A stretch of 64,000 nucleotides of DNA, taken from Utricularia gibba. Its lineage: Eukaryota; Plantae; Magnoliophyta. Position 1 is the stretch's first letter; each line of letters opens with the position of its first letter. A program made the translations under genes and the position numbers. The notes below the pieces were generated by a model. It made no database searches and had not been told where the DNA came from. It saw only the letters and a list, made by a program, of their open reading frames with translations. Below are positions 24,395 to 37,949 of the stretch, in pieces. The stretch is from the NCBI GenBank assembly GCA_002189035.1, contig NEEC01000002.1, positions 2,728,001 through 2,792,000 of the forward strand. Direction: 5' to 3'.

Positions 24395-27325
24395 ATGGCT
24401 AAGAATGTGGGGATTCTCGCAATGGAGATTTACTTCCCTCCCACTTGCATCCAGCAGGTGAAGCGGATTTTCTTGCTGTCTTTTGGAAACAAATGTGCGA
24501 CGTAGTGCCCGTTTAGCTAATTTTTTTGGTTCAAGAGATCACTTTTTTCTGGGTTCTTCGAAAAATTGTTTCTTCAAGGGAGGATTGGCTATGCAGAAAA
24601 TCGGATCATGAACATTGATTTTACAATGCTTCGTTGTGTTTTCTTTTTCTATTTTGCCCGTTTACGAAAGCAAATGATGGTATGGCGATGCTGTCACCGT
24701 TCCAACGAAGTGATAGGGGCCATGATTTGTACAGCGTTTCCTTTTATTTTGGAATCTTTTCTCCTTTGAATGTAATTCCGAAATAAAGATCAATGTTTCT
24801 GAAATTCCTGTGGAACGGTTTATGTGCCTCTTGCAGGAGGTGCTGGAGGCTCATGATGGAGCAAGCAAGGGAAAGTACACCATTGGGCTCGGTCAAGACT
24901 GCATGAGTTTTTGTTCTGAAGTAGAAGATGTAATTTCTATGAGGTATTCATATATCTCGGCGTCTTTACTTACAGAAAGTAAATTTGGGAATCAGAGCAT
25001 AGATTTGCTCTCCTTACTCTTTTCTTTCCTTTATGGCTCATCATTTAGTTGTCTGATTTGCAATAAATGCAAGGCAGCCCATGGTCAGACACATTATTCA
25101 GCATCTTAAGTAGTTCCACAAAATTGGTGGTTGATCAATTTGTGTAATATTTCTATAGCCTGCTTTTAGAGCAGGCTCGTTTGGAAAATTTTTCAATGAC
25201 TTATCTTGCATGGTATTTCTTTTTCATTCTATTTGGATGTTCTTCGTATTCTTATTTGCCATTTGGACTTCAGTATGACAGTTGTAACTTCACTCTTGGA
25301 GAAGTATGGTGTTGATCCGACGCAAATTGGGCGACTTGAAGTTGGAAGTGAGACTGTACTTGATAAAAGTAAATCCATAAAAACATTTCTGATGCCAATA
25401 TTCGAGGTACTCCATAGTCTAATTGTTAGTCTGTTTCCATCATGGAGTTGGAAAAAAATTTCTTTCTGTGTGGATCGGATCATCTTCAAAAGAATCTTGA
25501 ATGTGTAACTGCAACAACACATTTTCTTTTCTATTTCCTGACCATTTATTTTCGTGCGATTTTAGAAATGTGGAAACACGGACGTAGAAGGCGTTGACTC
25601 AACAAATGCCTGTTATGGTGGCACTGCGGCCCTATTTAACTGTGTCAACTGGGTTGAAAGTAGCTCATGGGATGGGCGATATGGTCTTGTTGTCTGCACA
25701 GACAGTGCGGTACTAGCTTCCACATAAACTCTGTACAACCTGAATGCTCACCAGATAAAACAGACATGGCTGTTGAAAATTCTTCTTCTGATATTACTTA
25801 TGTCCCTCTGATAGGTATATGCTGAAGGCCCAGCTAGGCCAACGGGGGGTGCTGCAGCCCTTGCCATGCTAATCGGTCCAAATGCTCCCATTACCTTTGA
25901 GAGCAAACTTAGGGGGAGTCACATGGCGCATGTCTATGATTTTTACAAGCCAGACCTCGCCAGTGAATATCCAGTAATTACTCTTTACCTCATGCAGAAT
26001 TCCTGTCACCGCAGCCACAACAATTATGCAGAATTTGCTTTCTGCTCTAGGTCGTAGATGGAAAGCTCTCTCAAACTTGTTACCTCGTGGCTCTAGATTT
26101 GTGTTACAAGAGCTTGTGTCACAAGTAAGTATTCTGTCTTCATCATGATAATGGTGCACTGTTTTCTTAATCCTCTAACTGTTGCATATGGTAGGTATGA
26201 GAAAATGGAGGGCAAGCAGTTCTCTCTCGCTGATGTTGACTATTTTGTGTTTCATTCTCCTTATAACAAGGTACAGCATGCAAAGCCAATGATGCATGAT
26301 TTTGGGTTTTTCAACTTAATACAACTTCAGAGTTCACATATATTCCTCAATTGTTGCAGCTTGTGCAGAAGAGCTTTGCAAGATTGTTTTACAACGATTT
26401 CTTGAGAAGCTCCAGGTGAAAATTTTTCCTGTCTCAAATGAATTTTGTGCTTTAAGTTTCCCGCTTTTGTCTCATCTGTTCTATCAACATATTTTCAGCC
26501 ACATTGATGAGAGTACTAAGGAGAAGTTGGCTCCATTTTCCTCTTTAAGCAACGTAGAAAGCTACCAAAGTCGTGACCTTGAGAAGGTATTCGAGTCTGG
26601 CAACTGCCCGTCTCTCCTCTGTACCTGATTGGTTTATCCAAATATAAGGACTGCATGTGATCTTCAATGTGCTTGCAGGTTTCGCAACAAGTTGCAAAGC
26701 CATTTTATGATGCCAAAGTGCAGCCTTCGACACTCATCCCGAAGCAAGTGGGAAACATGTATACTGCATCACTGTATGCTGCTTTTGCATCCCTTCTCCA
26801 TGCCAAAGCCGGCTCGTTGGTAAAGTGCTGCTCATCTTCTTCCTTTAAACAATGTATCTGAGTGTCATAATTTGCTCAGCACATGTTCTTCAGGCCGGAA
26901 AGAGGGTGGTATTGTTCTCATACGGTAGCGGTCTGAGTGCCACCATGTTTTCCCTCCATCTCAACGAGGGCCAACATCCGTTTACTCTTTCCAACATTGC
27001 GAAAGTGATGAATGTTTCCCAGAAACTGGAATCGAGACACGAGGTCCGTTCCAAGCACATCCTATAATATTTTGAATCTTCCCATGGTTGTGGGACGTGG
27101 TGTGTAAAGGATGATACTTTTGTGCAGTTCGCACCAGAGAAATTTGTCGAGACGATGAAGCTGATGGAACACAGGTATGGAAACAAGGATTTCGTCACAA
27201 GCAAGGACTGTAGTCTCCTTGCACCAGGCACGTTCTATCTGACGGAAGTGGATTCCAAGTACCGGAGGTTCTATGCCCAGAAAGCAGTTGAAGTCGAAAA
27301 TGGCTCCCTTGCTAATGGCCACTGA
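24395..27325 (+). CDS. HMGS: 3-hydroxy-3-methylglutaryl-CoA synthase (mevalonate pathway)
   Basis: [41 protein letters not shown], catalytic [60 protein letters not shown]. Twelve phase-consistent exons, intact. Confidence 0.98.
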
Positions 27326-27674
27326 AGATAGAAGAGCGATGCCGAATAAACCAAATCCCAGAAGCAGCAGCAGAACTAGCTACCACCTTCGTTTTCATCT
27401 GTGATCATTATTGTTGTTATTTCCATGTGTTGGCAAATACCAAGGCACTTGGCGTAGTTTGCCTTATGAAATCCCAACTTCTGGTTCAGTTATTAACAGT
27501 TCATTGAAGAGCAAAGCCAGGAGCTTAATTTCAATGCCCAACAGCAGCATTTCCATTGATTTATGTGTTTCAACAGGCCTAGATGTTGCCAAGCGTGGCA
27601 TTACGGCAAGCCCAGGAGCAAAAGCAAAGCCAAAAGCAACAAAAGATCAGAGGATGATCGTCTTCTCTCGAACT

Positions 27675-29240
27675 TCAACTGGAGTTCATTGATTCTGGTT
27701 CTGTAGCTGGGATTCGATGTTCACATGGAGGCGTAGCAGTCAAACGTTCGTTACCACGACCGTTGCTGTTACTGCTACTGCAGACAACGCTGTTATAATA
27801 CCGACACAGAACTTTGCACTTCACCACATTGTCGTAGACATAAAATCCAGGAGTAACCATGATCCTGACCATTGAAGGTATGAGCTTTTTAGCTCGATCT
27901 CTCCCCATATCCTCCATGTAAGCGGGATCAAATCCGGCGCCTTTATCCACTCTGAAAATAGGTAAAGATGGGTGAAGCGAATTGGCCAGTAGGTGAACGA
28001 GCCAAATCGCTTTTGAAGCTCTGAAAAAGGCGTGCAAAAGTGGTTCAGGCCAAGCGCGGCTCCACCCGAGCATACCCACGATTTCGCTCATCTTTCTGTC
28101 GCAGAATTTGCTGAACTCCTCGCTGAAATTCTTCGTTCCTTTGCCTAAAACTTCTTCCCATGTTAATTCATGGAGACGGGTGAACATTGCGAAGCTCGCT
28201 TCGCAGTGATCGATGGGATTGAGAACTGGGTTTGAGGAATTCTTTTGAAATCCAGCTGATTCGAAGTCTTCGTACAGCGCTTTGTTCAGTAAAGCTTCGA
28301 GGTAGACAAGGGATCCTCTGGGATTCTTCGACAATGAGATCTTGACGTCGTAGGGTTGTAATAGAAGCGAAATCCTATCGTCCACCTTGCCACCGGCTTG
28401 TCTGAACTGCATTATCAGAGTTCTGCTGAGAATCCGAACTGATGATCTTGCTTCTGAAATCAGGATTAAGAAGTGTTGAATCACTTTTCGTGGATCCCCA
28501 ACTTTGATGCTAGCGTAATTCTCACGGGGAGGAGGTTTAAGCTGCTGATTTTGATGATTCTGCGACTCGGATTTAGCATCGAGCCCAGATTTCAAGCTGT
28601 GGCAGTAGATTTCAAGCTCGTTCAGCTTCTTCTCTAGCTTAGCCATGGATTCTTTCAGGCTTGAAGCTTCGAGAAGGGCTTCATCCCTTTTTCGTGAAGC
28701 GTGAACAAGTTTGTTGGAGAGCTCTGCAACCACGATCTTCCAATGATCCTCTCGAGAGAGAAGGGATTCGCTTTCAGATGATCTCGGGCTCTTCTTCGCC
28801 GACAATGAACCCAAAATTGACCTGAAAATCCTGTTAGGGCTACCAGACGAAAGACGGTTGTTTTCCAGAGGGACGACAGATATCTTCTCACGGTTACTTG
28901 GCCGGCATTTGCCGCACAAAACTCCGACGGGAACGCTGCGCTTTTTCGAGCAAACTTCACTCGCAATGTTTTCAGAATGCAGAGGCGTTGGTTGATGTTT
29001 GTAACCGCTCCCAGTTTCTCCGATGAATACGCTTTGAGGACTCCCTATGCGACTGCTTTTTCCCTGTGAAAACTCCTCTTCTTCGTTCCCTTCCTCAATC
29101 TGCAAACACCAAAAACCTCAAAATCCAGTCACAGAAACCGCAATCTCGATCCGGTACCCATAAAACAGAGAAAAACATACTGTAGTGATGATGTGAGCGA
29201 GGGAGCATATCGAGGAGGAGGGTAAAGAAGAAGCCGCCAT
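27675..29240 (-). CDS. IRK-interacting protein-like (DUF641/GIL1-IRKI family)
   Basis: Exon 1 29240-29181, exon 2 29099-27675. Motifs CGKCRPSNREKISVVPL, KRDEALLEAS, YLEALLNKALYEDFES, LTWEEVLGKGTKNFSEEFSKFCDRKMS, SLPIFRVDKG, MVTPGFYVYDNVVKCKVLCRY. Confidence 0.85.
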
Positions 29241-30266
29241 GGATATCGTCTGCACCGCGAACTCCAACCGAAGATTCAATCTTTCTTCCCAAATCGACGG
29301 TTTCCCCTCACCCCACAAGCACAAAGCCTACCATTACCATCTTCCCTTCGCACTTTGCCGAATCCACAAAGCTACGCTCATCCATACACCACCCAGGTTG
29401 CAGGACCTTGCAGACATTAAATGCAAAAGGCATCGGAGGTAGACGCGCCGATTGAGCAGCGCACGGTCGATATATGCGTTTCAACACGAGCAATTTTACT
29501 TCAAAAAATAGAAATAATTTTTTAATACAGTTTCAGTAATTTGTTTTTTTAAATAGTTTTGTTACCTAAAAGCATTTGTTATTTTTTAATAAATTACAGA
29601 AATTTGATTAAATTTTATTATAATGATTTCAAAAAAATAAAATCAAATAATATCGTATTTTGGGGATATAAGATAGTTTGTGAGTACGATGATACGTGTC
29701 ACTTTATGAGTGGCTGTAGTTGAGTTAAAGAATCTGTAATAATCGAATAACAATTATCATTAGTAGTAATAAAAGCTATGAAATTATAAAGAAGTAGCTT
29801 GACATTAGCAGTTGACACAATGAGCCATAGAAATGTCTAGAAGGATTGATAGTGAGTGATGGGTGAGCAGAAATATTCTAATTTTTAAATAATGGATAAT
29901 GAAAATTTTTTTATCTCATTTTTTAGATTTTTTTAATATAAGAGATATTAAATATTGATGTGGCTAATTTATATAAAAATAAAATATTTGAAAAAATATG
30001 GATTTTTTTCAGAAATTTTATTTAATCAAATTTCATTCATTATATATTTAAGATGATGTTTAAATATTATAATATTTATATTTATATTTATATTTATATA
30101 TAAATCATTGTTTAATTAACTAACATATATCTACCCAGTTATGAATGTAACTCACATATTTATTATGATAATGTGAATAGTATACACAAATGGAGTGGAA
30201 TGGGAGATTAATTGTATATCAATCACATACTCATGTTTTTATTCTCAAATATTAAACATTATATAT

Positions 30267-30272
<6 letters not shown>

Positions 30273-30338
<66 letters not shown>
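30273..30338. repeat. (AT)33 microsatellite
   Basis: Perfect 66-nt AT dinucleotide run in AT-rich intergenic DNA. Confidence 0.98.
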
Positions 30339-30340
<2 letters not shown>

Positions 30341-32482
30341 ATTACAATATATTTAAACATATTAATAACTTAACATCAAATATCATTTTATAATAATTTT
30401 GCTAGTACACATAAAACATCGAAATTATGAAATAAAATCATATCTATAAGAAATTATTAGTAAAATTTTTTTTCAAAACAATGACTCAAAAAAATCGAAA
30501 ATAAAATAAAAGATTGATTTTAAAAAAAAATATGAAAAATGGTTTTAAATATAAGATCCAACTTACTCAAAACTCTTTATATTTTTGTGTATAAACCTTA
30601 AGTACTAATCTACTTGCGTAAGTTTTAAATATGCTATTCTAAAAATATGCTATTCAATGACTCTTATAAACACTGTTTCTCATTTCGTTGCATTATATAA
30701 TCAATCACACTAAATTCATTTTATCTCATGTGATATAATTCATGTTCTTCCTACATTTCAATCTAAGACTTCTCTTTAGATGCTTGAGGTCAATTCAAGA
30801 TTCTCCCACATTTCCTTAATGTTATGTAACATCAAAGAACACACTAGTAAAGAAAACATTACGAAAAATATAATCAAATTTCAAATTAAATATTGAAAAA
30901 CATTGTAAAACAATCATAAGTGTGAGACTTGTATAAATAAGGTTTTATTGTAAATCCTTAACCAGAAGCGCCTACACGTATACGCTTAATTGTAACATGA
31001 AAATAAATATGAAAATAAGAAAAAAAAAATAAAAAAATTGTAATCCAAAGACATCTCTAGTGATTTAGAGAGTAAAGTATTTATATGAGAGTAGATTCGA
31101 ATCTTATATTGAACTTGATTTATGAATTTATATAAGATATTTTATTCAAATCTTTTATCTGAATATTTAAATATCATCTTCAAATTTTATTTTATCTATG
31201 AATTTTAGACCAAATCTTTATTTTTTAACTGAATTTTGGATTAAGATTCATGGTCTATCAAACCCTTAAATTATTATGTCTTAATTTATACTTTAATTTA
31301 TTTAAAAATATTTTAGAAATTCATAAAATATAATTTTTATAAAAAAAGATAAAATTAATATAAAATATGTAAAATCGATTTAAAATAATGAGAAATTGAA
31401 AAAAACATATTTTGTAATGATATCAAATCAATTATTAACCTCTAATATAAATAAAGATAGATCATGTTATTCATTTTTTTAATATTAAAGGGAATTTTAT
31501 GAAATATTGAAAATAGGCATCAAGGAATATAAGTGATAATATGGAAATAAAAAAAATTTACAATAAAAAGAATGAATATTATCGTTTTGTACTAAGAAAT
31601 TAGCTTGAGTATCTTTTTTATTGTTATTTAGTTTGACTTATTTAATAGTTATATTTGTGTTTTATCATGAATGAAAATTATTTTTATAATTAATTCATAG
31701 TGCTAAATATCAAGATAATTGTGTGTTAATTAATACAAATTAATCTTTTATATTCGAGCACTTAGTATTTATGAATCTTATATCCGAATCAATATCAGAT
31801 TGTGCTAGGGCCGCGGTTCTTGCTGGACCGGGACGGACAGGGCTTACAGGCTGAACCGGCCCGAGCTCACTTCTCGTTTTTTTATTCAACTATCGAAATG
31901 ATAACTAAACCCTAAAAAGGATTTTTTTCCCTAAGAGGGAAATAGAAGTTTCTCGACAAGTGGGAGGGCTCAGGGATGCGAGACGGAGGTGATCCGTTTC
32001 TCTTTGATACGGAAGAAGGTTTTGTTGATGATCGATTAACAGATTAACTACGAAGAGGCTCTGTTTCGTTCAATCCCTTGCATAGAAAATCGATCTGCTC
32101 GCTTTTGAGATATTTTAATCGTTGATTTCGTCGGTAATATCAGTTTATATTGAATTTCTGAGGTAATTTCGTTTTTCGCTTCCTCAATTTTCCGTTGATT
32201 GTTCCGGCTGATATCTTGTTTTATTGATTGTTTTCATCCTTCGGATTTCCACGGTTGGTTTTGTTTTATTGATTGTTGATCTTGGATTGCGGGAAGGGAT
32301 TTTACCTTATGGTTAGCACAATCTTGATTTCTCCGACCTCTGTATTTGCACTTGATTAGAATCTCATTTGTTGGAATTTCGGGCTGGTATTTCGTTTTAA
32401 ATTAATTCTAGAACGTGTCTTTAATTACCTGGTTATTTATGCCAGTTAAATGTTTCTTCCCCCAGGATACTGGAAGTAAGCA

Positions 32483-34077
32483 ATGCAGGGAGGCAGACAT
32501 CCGTTTTTTAACTTCGGGTGTCCTTTAGGCAGTTTTGGTGGATTCCCTGGCTTTGGCGGACTCGGCGGTTTTGGTGGCTTTGAAGACCCAAGGAGTCTAA
32601 TGTCTAGCATTTTGGGTGGACATGATCCATTTGACGATCCATTTTTTGCTTCTCCTTTTGGTTCAATGTTTGGTTCAGCTTTTTCCCGTTCTTCTGGATT
32701 TGCTTTTCCAGAAATCCCTAGATTTATTGGTCATGAGCCATCTGTGCCCACCGCTTGAGGGGGCCTGTGATTGAGGAGTTGAGCTCAGATGATGAGGAGA
32801 GCAGGAAGGAGGGAGGGGATATTCCAGGGCATATTGTCCATGAGGCTCTTCCGTCTCGCTGTTCCAGGGGGCCAATAATTGAAGAGTTGAGCTCAGATGA
32901 TGAGGGCAGAAAGGAGGAGGAAGAGAAGTGCGCGAACAAGAATCCAAGAAAGCATGGCAGATCAGTGAAAGAGCCTGCTGTAGAGGGTCATAATGATGAA
33001 TCTCGTGGTATGTTGTGGTCATCATTACCTTTATGGTTGCTCTGGCTTTATTCGTTCCTTTCCGATTTTGATGTTTCCATTTTATTGCAGAGAAAAAGAA
33101 GAAGTATACCTCAAGTCTCATGAACCATGCGCATGAGTTACAATCACAGCCATTCTCGCACAGTTTTTGTTTTCAAAGTTCGACTGTTTCGTACGGTGGT
33201 GCAAATGGTGCATACTATGCTTCTTCAAGAACAAGAAGAACAGGAAGCGATGGAGTAATGCCCCTTTCGCAAATTTTAGGTTTCTCCTTGCGTTTTGTAT
33301 GTTTTTGATACTCACTTGTGTTATAGTTGATGTTTGAGGAATGCAAAGAAGCTGATTCATCCATTCGTGAAGCTACTCACAAAGTGACTAGGGGGATCCA
33401 CGACAAGGTATTGCTTCTCAATCCTCCTCCCAATACATTATTTGTATGTGACACTTTACCTTTTTATTCATGGTTCAGGGTCATTCCGTAACTCGGAAAT
33501 TGTCATCAGGCGGCCACGTGGACACAATGCAGACACTTCACAACTTGGATGGAGGTAGTTTTTTAGTCTGTTAGAGAATGTACCATGCCAATCCAGTAGG
33601 TTTTTCAAACATCTGCCGTTTCATACTTAACAGATGATCTCGTTCACTTCAATAAAGCATGGAAGGAAAATGTTGGAAAGCATCTTCCTTTATATCAAGA
33701 TCAAGGTAATAAGATCACACCCTTCTTTGGCGTGCTTTAATTTTCTTCTTCGGGGCATTATGCATGGTTGCAAACTAGGAATGAAATGCAATATTGCTTT
33801 ACCATAGGTCCCATGTTGTTAAACATGGTTTCGCTAACTCATCTCAGGCTCTTACTGCGGCCCAATTCTTGAAATTTCAGGGTCCAGAGATATTCCTAGC
33901 CAACAGCATCCTCACAGTGTTGGCTGGGCACTCCCTTCGACAGAGAGATCACATATTTCAGAATCGAGAACCACAGCACCTCCCACTCTGCACGCGAAAC
34001 GCAATGCCAATCACATAGCCAGGGCATCGGGGTCGCAAACAGGTCATGCTGCCTCTCGTTTTCAGCATCAAGGATAG
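32483..34077 (+). CDS. Glycine-rich myeloid-leukemia-factor (MLF)-like protein, At4g22740-like; apparent 1-bp frameshift
   Basis: MQGGRHPFFNFG, DPFDDPFFASPFG, RGPVIEELSSDDE (motif occurs twice), SFCFQSSTVSYGGANGAYY, EECKEADSS...TRGIHDKGHSVTRKLSSGGHVDTMQTLHNL, GWALPSTE. Exons 32483-33007, 33091-33254, 33327-33407, 33479-33554, 33634-33705, 33881-34077. One C is missing near 32751 (PTRLRGP). Confidence 0.85.
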
Positions 34078-34889
34078 CAGTCCCAGAGGCAAACGTGGCT
34101 GTGGAAGGCTGAGCATGAGTCCATGTGATGATCGATCTCTCTTCGCCCCCTGAAGCCTGTTGCGAGCAGTCATATCGGCTGTCTTCTATATGTAGTAGTT
34201 AGTAACTGACCGTGTCGAATGGGATCCCTGCATCTGTTGTTTGATGCGATACTGGACAGGTTTGTCCTATTGATTTCAGTACGAAAGCGCTGCATTTAGC
34301 CCGGTGTTTTGGGTTGAACCTAGGGCTCTGCTCGATATAACTTGAACCCGTAATTTTTAGGTTTTTTAATACTTTTTATAGAACGTGAAAAAAAGCGTTG
34401 GATTTAATAATTTTAGAAAAATTACAAAAAATAAAAACTAAAAATACTAAATTTAGATGGGATCAACATTATTTTAATGAATATGCTATTGAATAATTTA
34501 ACAACATATTTTCAATATTTTAGAAATAAATTCTTCATTCATGTAATCTTGAACATGTCATAAAAACAAGGATTAAATAGTAGCTACTATATTCCACTAT
34601 TATTTGCATCTTATTGCTACTTGTATGCATAAATTGTTGTTTTTGACTTCCAACCATATCTAAACATAATATTTGATATGGAATAATATTTCTTAATGAA
34701 AATTTTAATATACTATTTTTAAACCTAGTTATCGAACATACATTTAATTCAATGGCATGTATTAAAAAATCATTTTTTCAAACATACTTTTATTCAAAAA
34801 TTTTAAAAAATATTTATGTAAACAACTATAACTCAAACCCTCGAAAATGCATCATCTTATCAAAAAACCCTAAATAATTTAAATGAGAA

Positions 34890-35290
34890 TTTAATTGTGG
34901 GCCGAGTCAGGCTCACGGGTTGAGCCGGCCGATGTCTTATTAGGAACGGAACGATTTATTGGGCTTCATCTGTTATGGGCCGATCACTCAATGCAACCCG
35001 ACGACAAACGAGGATGAACGTGTAGTGTAAGTGCAGGGATAATTTTTTTGCGGAGTTTACAGTTTTGACACCCATATGCTCTCGCATCGCCACGTGTTCT
35101 CTCTCCATCGCCACGGTGGTACTTCGCCGGTCCTCCCAGATTTTTGAATTCCAAATTTTTATTCTCCATATTGTCGTCCCGGTCGTCCTCGTGCACCCAT
35201 ACAGCTGGTGGGAAATCCTTTCCTGCATTCTTTTCTTCATCGTTCTTTTAAAACGATTCTTCGTTGTCGGGTGAAACATAGAATTGGGCC
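34890..35290 (+). promoter_or_regulatory. Site-II (TGGGCY) cluster upstream of IBA57
   Basis: TGGGCC near 34898, TGGGCT near 34960, TGGGCC near 34976 and 35285. Site-II clusters are typical of nuclear genes for mitochondrial proteins. Confidence 0.5.
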
Positions 35291-35824
35291 GGTTGATTGT
35301 GGTAATGCTTTAATGTGAGTGTTCGGATAGTTTGATGGCCTTCATCTGTCGTTGCTGTTTCCGTATTTTGGGCATTTGGAAAAAGTGTGATTTTATGTCT
35401 CTTGGAGCAGTTTATTGACATGAATTGTTTCAAAAGATTGAAACTTTCAATCATATGTTGATACTTGTTTTGGAGAATTGCGGTTGGAAGAGTTTCGGTT
35501 TTCTAATGGATTATAATTATCGTTCTGATGGTAGGAAATGCATCTTCAACGTTTCCAGAGGATAGCTGCTTCCCCTTATTGCTCATCCTTTACATTTTGA
35601 AGTGTTCTTGGATTGTGTCAATGAATATTTTATGTGAAGTTGCTTTCTTTTGTGTCAATGAAAATGTTTCATCTTTTAAGACATCGATTGATGAGTTAGT
35701 TGTGTAGATTGTATTAAATGCATCTCATAGAATCATTGTTGCTCGATGACAGGAATTACTTCTTCCATTCAGCAGGTTTTTTTTTTCATCTGTTTCAAGC
35801 AAGCGTATATATATATTTCTGGAT

Positions 35825-37304
35825 ATGTCTTCTGGTTTGATGACCTGCCTTCTTAAATCCCGATCCGTGATCCGCTTTAGAGGGCCTGAAACAATTAAGC
35901 TTCTCCAGGGGATGGTAACAAATGATTTGAGAAGTTTAGACAATCCAGAACCTGTTCCTAAGCATGACTTCACACCCAACATGCCAGTGGCTGTTGCACC
36001 TCCTGTATATGCTGCTATGTTAAATCCAAAGGGTAGGTTTCTTTATGATTTGTTTTTCTATAGACCGCCCCAGCCCAATGCAAAACTCAACCGCACCGGG
36101 TCAGGGCCAGGACCTGACCCGGATGAAATGGAGATTTATGCTGATGTTGATAAGGATGTTGCTGATGAGCTCATAGCTACCTTGAGAAGGTGAAATTAAC
36201 AACATCCTTTTTCCTTTTCCGTGATTGTTAACTTCTCTCTATCCTTGATGACTTTGATTTGGCTTAGCAGATATCGTTTGAGGTTAAAGGTAGATATTGA
36301 AGATGCAGCTGGGGATTTTTCTTGTTGGCAATGCTTTGGAGAACCTCTTTCAGAGTGTGACATTTCTCTACAAAAATTGAAATCCGGTTCGGTTGGCTGG
36401 GGTGGAACTGTTGATGATATAGCTGTTTCCTCTTCGGGAGGCAACAGCCTCGGCTGGAGCTGGAGTCGTGATCCGAGGCTGGCTTGTCTAGGATACCGAG
36501 GCATATTCCCATCAAATGAAACTCGTGAGTCCATTCGAAGCACCTTATGTTTCATCTTTCCAAGTCTTTTATCAGCTGTTTTATACTTCCAATAATGAGC
36601 TTTTATCATTCATGTGTAAGTGAAACATGCTTCCTGCGTTTATGTGCACCTTTCACAGCACCTCTTGTTGAGGCTGATCAGGAAACAGATGAAAGAAACT
36701 TCCTTCTCTGGAGAGTGGAGAAAGGGGTAGCTGAAGGCTCCACAGAGATCCCAAAAGGTTCTGCTCTTCATCCCCGTTTTTCATAGGCATTTATCATGAT
36801 GATTGGTGTTGAAAGCTCCATTTGAGTTAGACACAGGCATTTCTATTTCTATTCTCTGATGTGTCGCAGGAGAAGCAATACCACTGGAGTACAACCTTGC
36901 AGGTTTAAATGCCATAAGCTTTGACAAAGGATGCTACGTAGGCCAAGAACTCATTGCTCGCACTCACCACCGTGGAGAGATCCGTAAACGGCTGCTGCCG
37001 CTGCAATTCTTGAACGATAACCAGAAAGGTGACAACATGATCTCCCTGTTCTTCATCGCTTACTTGTTCCTTGACTTGCGCGTCTGTAGAGATGGGGCAG
37101 GAAGTCACTCCCGGTTCAGAAGTGGTGACTGTTGAATCCCAAAAGAAAGCTGGGGTGGTCACCACTGTCGTCGGATCTCGCGGCCTCGGACTTCTTCGGC
37201 TCGACGAAGCTTTTGGGGCGGCGGAGGCGTTGACGATCGGCGGCCAGGAAGATGTGCGCGTCAAGACATTCAAACCAAAATGGTGGCCTTCTCAGTGGCA
37301 TTAG
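35825..37304 (+). CDS. IBA57: IBA57/CAF17 (YgfZ-like) mitochondrial Fe-S cluster assembly factor, At4g12130-like; true start possibly ATG 35718
   Basis: [66 protein letters not shown], signature [21 protein letters not shown]. Exons 35825-36189, 36271-36524, 36659-36757, 36870-37028, 37090-37304. Confidence 0.93.
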
Positions 37305-37646
37305 CCAACTGCACTGCGCTATCGGTCGGAACCACACTTGCGTTGAAATAAATGTTACCCTTCTCAATGATAAGGGTATAGTGTGTACCATTTATTTTAT
37401 AATTTTTATTTAATTCATAATTATAAATTATTAGGTAAGTAGAATTTAAATAAGTAACTGTGATTGTGAGTATATTTGTTGAAAAAGTTGGTAACTTATT
37501 TTGACAAGTAGGACAAATGCAACTTATAAAATAATTTGAATTTTAAATAGGAATATAGTTAAATTTAAAATAAATACAAGTTAGTAAAAATTTGAATAAA
37601 GATTACATATAAGTAAAAATTGGGATGGTTTGTATTTAGTAATTTT

Positions 37647-37949
37647 TGTTGATTAAAAAAAAATAGAATCTTGATAAGAAACAAATGGATAATACTTATG
37701 AGATCAACTTGGATGAAAATTGACTCATGAACAATAAGAATAACTGAAAATCTAATTCATACGTGTTCCTAGTAGTGTTTATATATACCCAATACCTAGA
37801 TTATCCATCAGTGGACCACAATCATTAAAAACACACAGAAAAGCCTAACTACTCGAACCCAACACTTTTTTAATTAGAACATGACTTTATGATACAAGAT
37901 TAGTGCTTCCAATCATTTTCAAGCTTTGGATTGAGGATGATCTCCAACA
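37647..37949 (-). repeat. 3' LTR of the copia element (303 bp)
   Basis: TGTTGAT...CAACA; aligns to 41731-42030 with about 41 substitutions and 2 small indels by hand count (about 86% identity). Confidence 0.95.
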
